Assembly (NCBI RefSeq): GCF_963921235.1
Contig: NC_086097.1
Location: 127,536,001 to 127,600,000, forward strand
Direction of reading: 5' to 3'
From: Mobula hypostoma
Taxonomy: Eukaryota
Length of the DNA: 64,000 nt
Below, in pieces: positions 60,975 to 64,000 of the stretch; within the stretch, counting starts at the first letter, position 1; every line of letters starts with the position of its first letter. The translations under genes were made by a program, and so were the position numbers. The notes below the pieces were generated by a model. That model was not told the DNA's origin, searched no databases, and saw only the letters and a program-made list of their open reading frames with translations.

Positions 60975-62130
60975 CATAGAGGGAAACAGCAGGGAAAATG
61001 GCCCTTTGGCCTTTTCTGAGGCTACGTCCACACTGGACCGGATAATTTTGAAAACGCTGGTTTCACGTAAAAACAACAGGTGTCCACACCTATTTTTGAA
61101 AATACCTCCGTCCACATTCGAACAGGTAGTTGGGCGAATCTCCTCCTACTGGGCACGCGCAGGACACACAGAAAACAAGCGAAGAGGAAACGGTATACTT
61201 GGTGCGCGTTTGTCCAGTTACAGACCAGAAAACCTAAAAGGAAATTGCCAAACGAAAGACTTGGTGCGCGTTCGTCCAGAAACATTTCCTACAGCCATAG
61301 TTTCTTCACCGAGGAAAGGGATGACAGCTACAACTAAATGCAATAAGGCTTGTTACTGGGCAAAAGTGAAATTTGCAGTTACTTTTTCCATGTCTTTGTG
61401 TATTATTTTGCTGTATTTAACATGTGCAATAAAATGAGTTACTGGGCAAAAGTGACAATTGCATCTATTGAATGTTTGCACAAGCAATACATTAATAATG
61501 TTAAATGTATAAAACATGTCTGCATCAGTGTTATCTTGTATTTCCATCCAATGTTACATTAGGCTGTTACACATCTATTGTCAGATGTCGTTGTGGTGTT
61601 GGAGGTTGTGTTCAAGAAAACAATGAAATGCCACGCTGCCGCCACCATTAGTTCCAGCACGTCATGACAGTGGTTTTAAAATTAGCCGGTTACCCCGTAC
61701 ACACTACAATGGCCAACTGGCGTTTTCAGATTTTTAGAAAAGCTCCATTTTTGGAGGAGGAAAATGCCGTTTCAGTGTGGACGGAGGGTCAAAACAAAGA
61801 GATAAAGCTTCGGTTATAGATTCATCCGGTCTAGTACGGACGTAGCCTAAGTCTGTGCTATCAACCATGCACTTTACCCTAACCCTTCATTAATCCCAGT
61901 TTTTATTCTCCCTGCATTCTTATCAACCTCCCCTCCCACCCTCAGATTCCACCACACAGTGGGTAATTGAAAGAGCCTAATAATCCACCAGTTTGCACAT
62001 GGGATGCGGGAGGAACAAGGAGCACCCAGAAAGCAAAGCAGGAAGGAATTGCAAGCTCCTCATGGACAGGAACCGAGGTCAGGATTGAACCTGGTCTCAG
62101 GTGTTGTGAGCCCGGGGCTCTACAATCTGC
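60975..62130 (-). mobile_element. V-SINE/HE1-like element split by the Harbinger MITE
   Basis: CR1-like tail at 60975-61019 continues at 61848; V-like and tRNA B-box-like remnants to about 62130. Confidence 0.6.
61020..61847. mobile_element. PIF/Harbinger non-autonomous element
   Basis: 24-bp imperfect TIR GGCTACGTCC..ACCGGAT; 3-bp flanks TGA/TAA consistent with a TWA/TNA target. Confidence 0.85.
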
Positions 62131-62469
62131 ACGTCTGTGCTTCCTCCCCTCAGGATGTTCGAAGTTAGGGGCTGGTCTGTCCTGTGCCAATTTGTTCCCA
62201 ACTTCTGCAATCCTTGCTGTTGGCCTGGATGTCACAGGTGATAGGACAGTGGTTCTTGTGAAATGTACAGCATACGGAAAATGAGCCTGAGCAATAACAA
62301 CCCTTTTAAGTGGCATTGCTTTCAGGATTGTGGCATGTTCTCTGTTTGTAGTAATATACTGTATGTTGTGCAGTGTTCCGGAGATTCTGACCGAGATAGC
62401 CACAACAGAAGATTGGGCTCCCATAACAGGCTTTTCTTTTATTTAATAAAATGCCCAGGTTGTTAGTTT

Positions 62470-63650
62470 AAATTGGTATTGGTATTGGCATATTTTTGTC
62501 ATGTGTCTCATCCAGACAGATCATGCCATACGTAATTATATCGAGATAGTGAAAGATAAATCAAATGCAGAATATTCAAGAATCAATACTCGAGATTCAG
62601 GATTGTTTAATGTCATTTCCTGTACTGTACACAAGTTGTTCATCCAGTTCTGATGCAGCACAAAAGAAAATACAATAAGCTAATTAACATAATAATAAAA
62701 ATCAGCAATAAATTTAAATACACAAGATGGTTCTCCATAGATGCTGCCTGGTCTGCTGAGCTCCCCCAGCATTTTGTGTGTGTTGGTTGGTTTATATACG
62801 TAGATTTCGTACGTTCAGAAGGTGATGCTCGGCACAAAAGGGTCTGTACATAAGGTGACTCTGACAGGAGATGATAAAGTAGATGTGGTTGGGGGTGTGG
62901 AGCAGTGGGTTAGTGGGTGGAGGGGTGGATTAGCCTTATAGCTTGGGGAAAGTAACTTTATTTGAGTCTGGTGTTTCTGGTGTTGATGCTATTTAGCCTC
63001 CTCCCTGATGGGAGTGGGACAAGCAGTCTATGAGCAGGGTGGGTGGGGTCCTGCATGATGTTGTGGGCCATTATCCAGCATTTTTTCTGGTCCTTGATAG
63101 TGAGTAGGCTGGTGCTGGTGATACATTGGACAGCTTTGACTACCCATTACAGAGACTTGCTTTACACCGTATCAAACAGTGATGCAGCATGTTAGGATGC
63201 TCTCTACCATGAATCTGTAGAATGACATGTGCATAAACGTGCATTGTACACCTCTCTTCAGCCTTCTCAGAAAGTAGAGGCATTGGTGAACTTTCCTGTT
63301 TCTGTAGAATATGATCCAGGACCAAGAAAGGTTATGCAAGATGCGCACTCCCAGGAGCTTGAAACAGCTTGCAGTTTCCATCTTTGCACTACCGATGTAA
63401 AGAGGGATATGGGTGATGCAAGTTTTCCTGAAGATAATAACCATCCCCTTTGTCTCGCTTACATTGAGGAAGATGGGTATTTACCTGGCACCTGGCCTCG
63501 AGCTCTTCCACCTCCTCTCTGTAGGCCTTCTTATCCACTGCTATCATGTCATTGGCAAACTTGACAATGTAATTACTTGCGTGTTTGGCCGTGCAGTCAT
63601 GTGCCATCAGAATGCACAGGAGTGGGCTCAGCACACAGCCTGATTGGGAA
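62470..63650 (-). mobile_element. Rex1/Babar fragments with a short Penelope piece (62725-62790)
   Basis: LSPLL..IVKFANDM; LYFLRRL..VESILTCCITV. Confidence 0.8.
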
Positions 63651-63701
63651 GGAGGAGCTGTGGTACATCCTGACTAACTGACGTTGGTTAGTTAGGAATA
63701 C

Positions 63702-63938
63702 TATTATGTTCAGTAACTCCAAAACATAGAACTCATCGAAAGAGAAACACGGGAGCACTGGGATAACATGTACTCTCCATTTTTACTTTAGTGAAGCATA
63801 CGATTACGATGTGGTGACATGATGATGTATGCCATTCACGTGCTTTTACATGAAACCTGTAATGATTTATGTAAGTAACAAAGAATGCTCAATAAAACAG
63901 TATATTTACAATATTACGCAAATATTAAATACACAACA
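63702..63938 (-). mobile_element. Gypsy solo LTR related to 17587 and 28980
   Basis: Ends attaaatacacaaCA as at 17837; shared aagaatgct..aataaaac. Confidence 0.7.
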
Positions 63939-64000
63939 ATTCAGAGTTGAAGTTATAGAGAAAGTGCACTGCAGTTAGGCTAATGAAGTGCCAGGACAAC

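Noticed and set aside
1..64000. CRISPR array, retron, operon or other prokaryotic system
   Set aside because: No repeat-spacer arrays or gene-dense operons; all RT motifs belong to eukaryotic retrotransposons

Overview
This is eukaryotic, repeat-dense non-coding DNA, either intronic or intergenic. The repeat repertoire suggests a cartilaginous fish, probably a ray or skate (inference). I found no recognisable host protein-coding exon, intact rRNA/tRNA gene, CRISPR array or prokaryotic system. Most of the window is transposable elements: CR1 LINEs (two young RT-bearing copies, two long decayed ones), many Rex1/Babar LINE pieces, Penelope-like elements with minimal hammerhead ribozymes, L1/Tx1 3' ends, RTE remnants and a Hero-type (restriction-like endonuclease) fragment. 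There are also two deleted Gypsy LTR elements plus solo LTRs, several SINE families and three MITEs, often deeply nested. The most interesting signals are at RNA level: a candidate HDV-like ribozyme with an unusual L3 insertion at the 5' end of a TSD-bounded non-autonomous RTE element, multiple hammerheads in inverted Penelope insertions, head/tail module swapping among three SINEs, a perfect 50-bp foldback and a G-U-compatible hairpin in unique DNA. Boundaries without a stated TSD/TIR are approximate, and family names come from motif recognition, not database searches.
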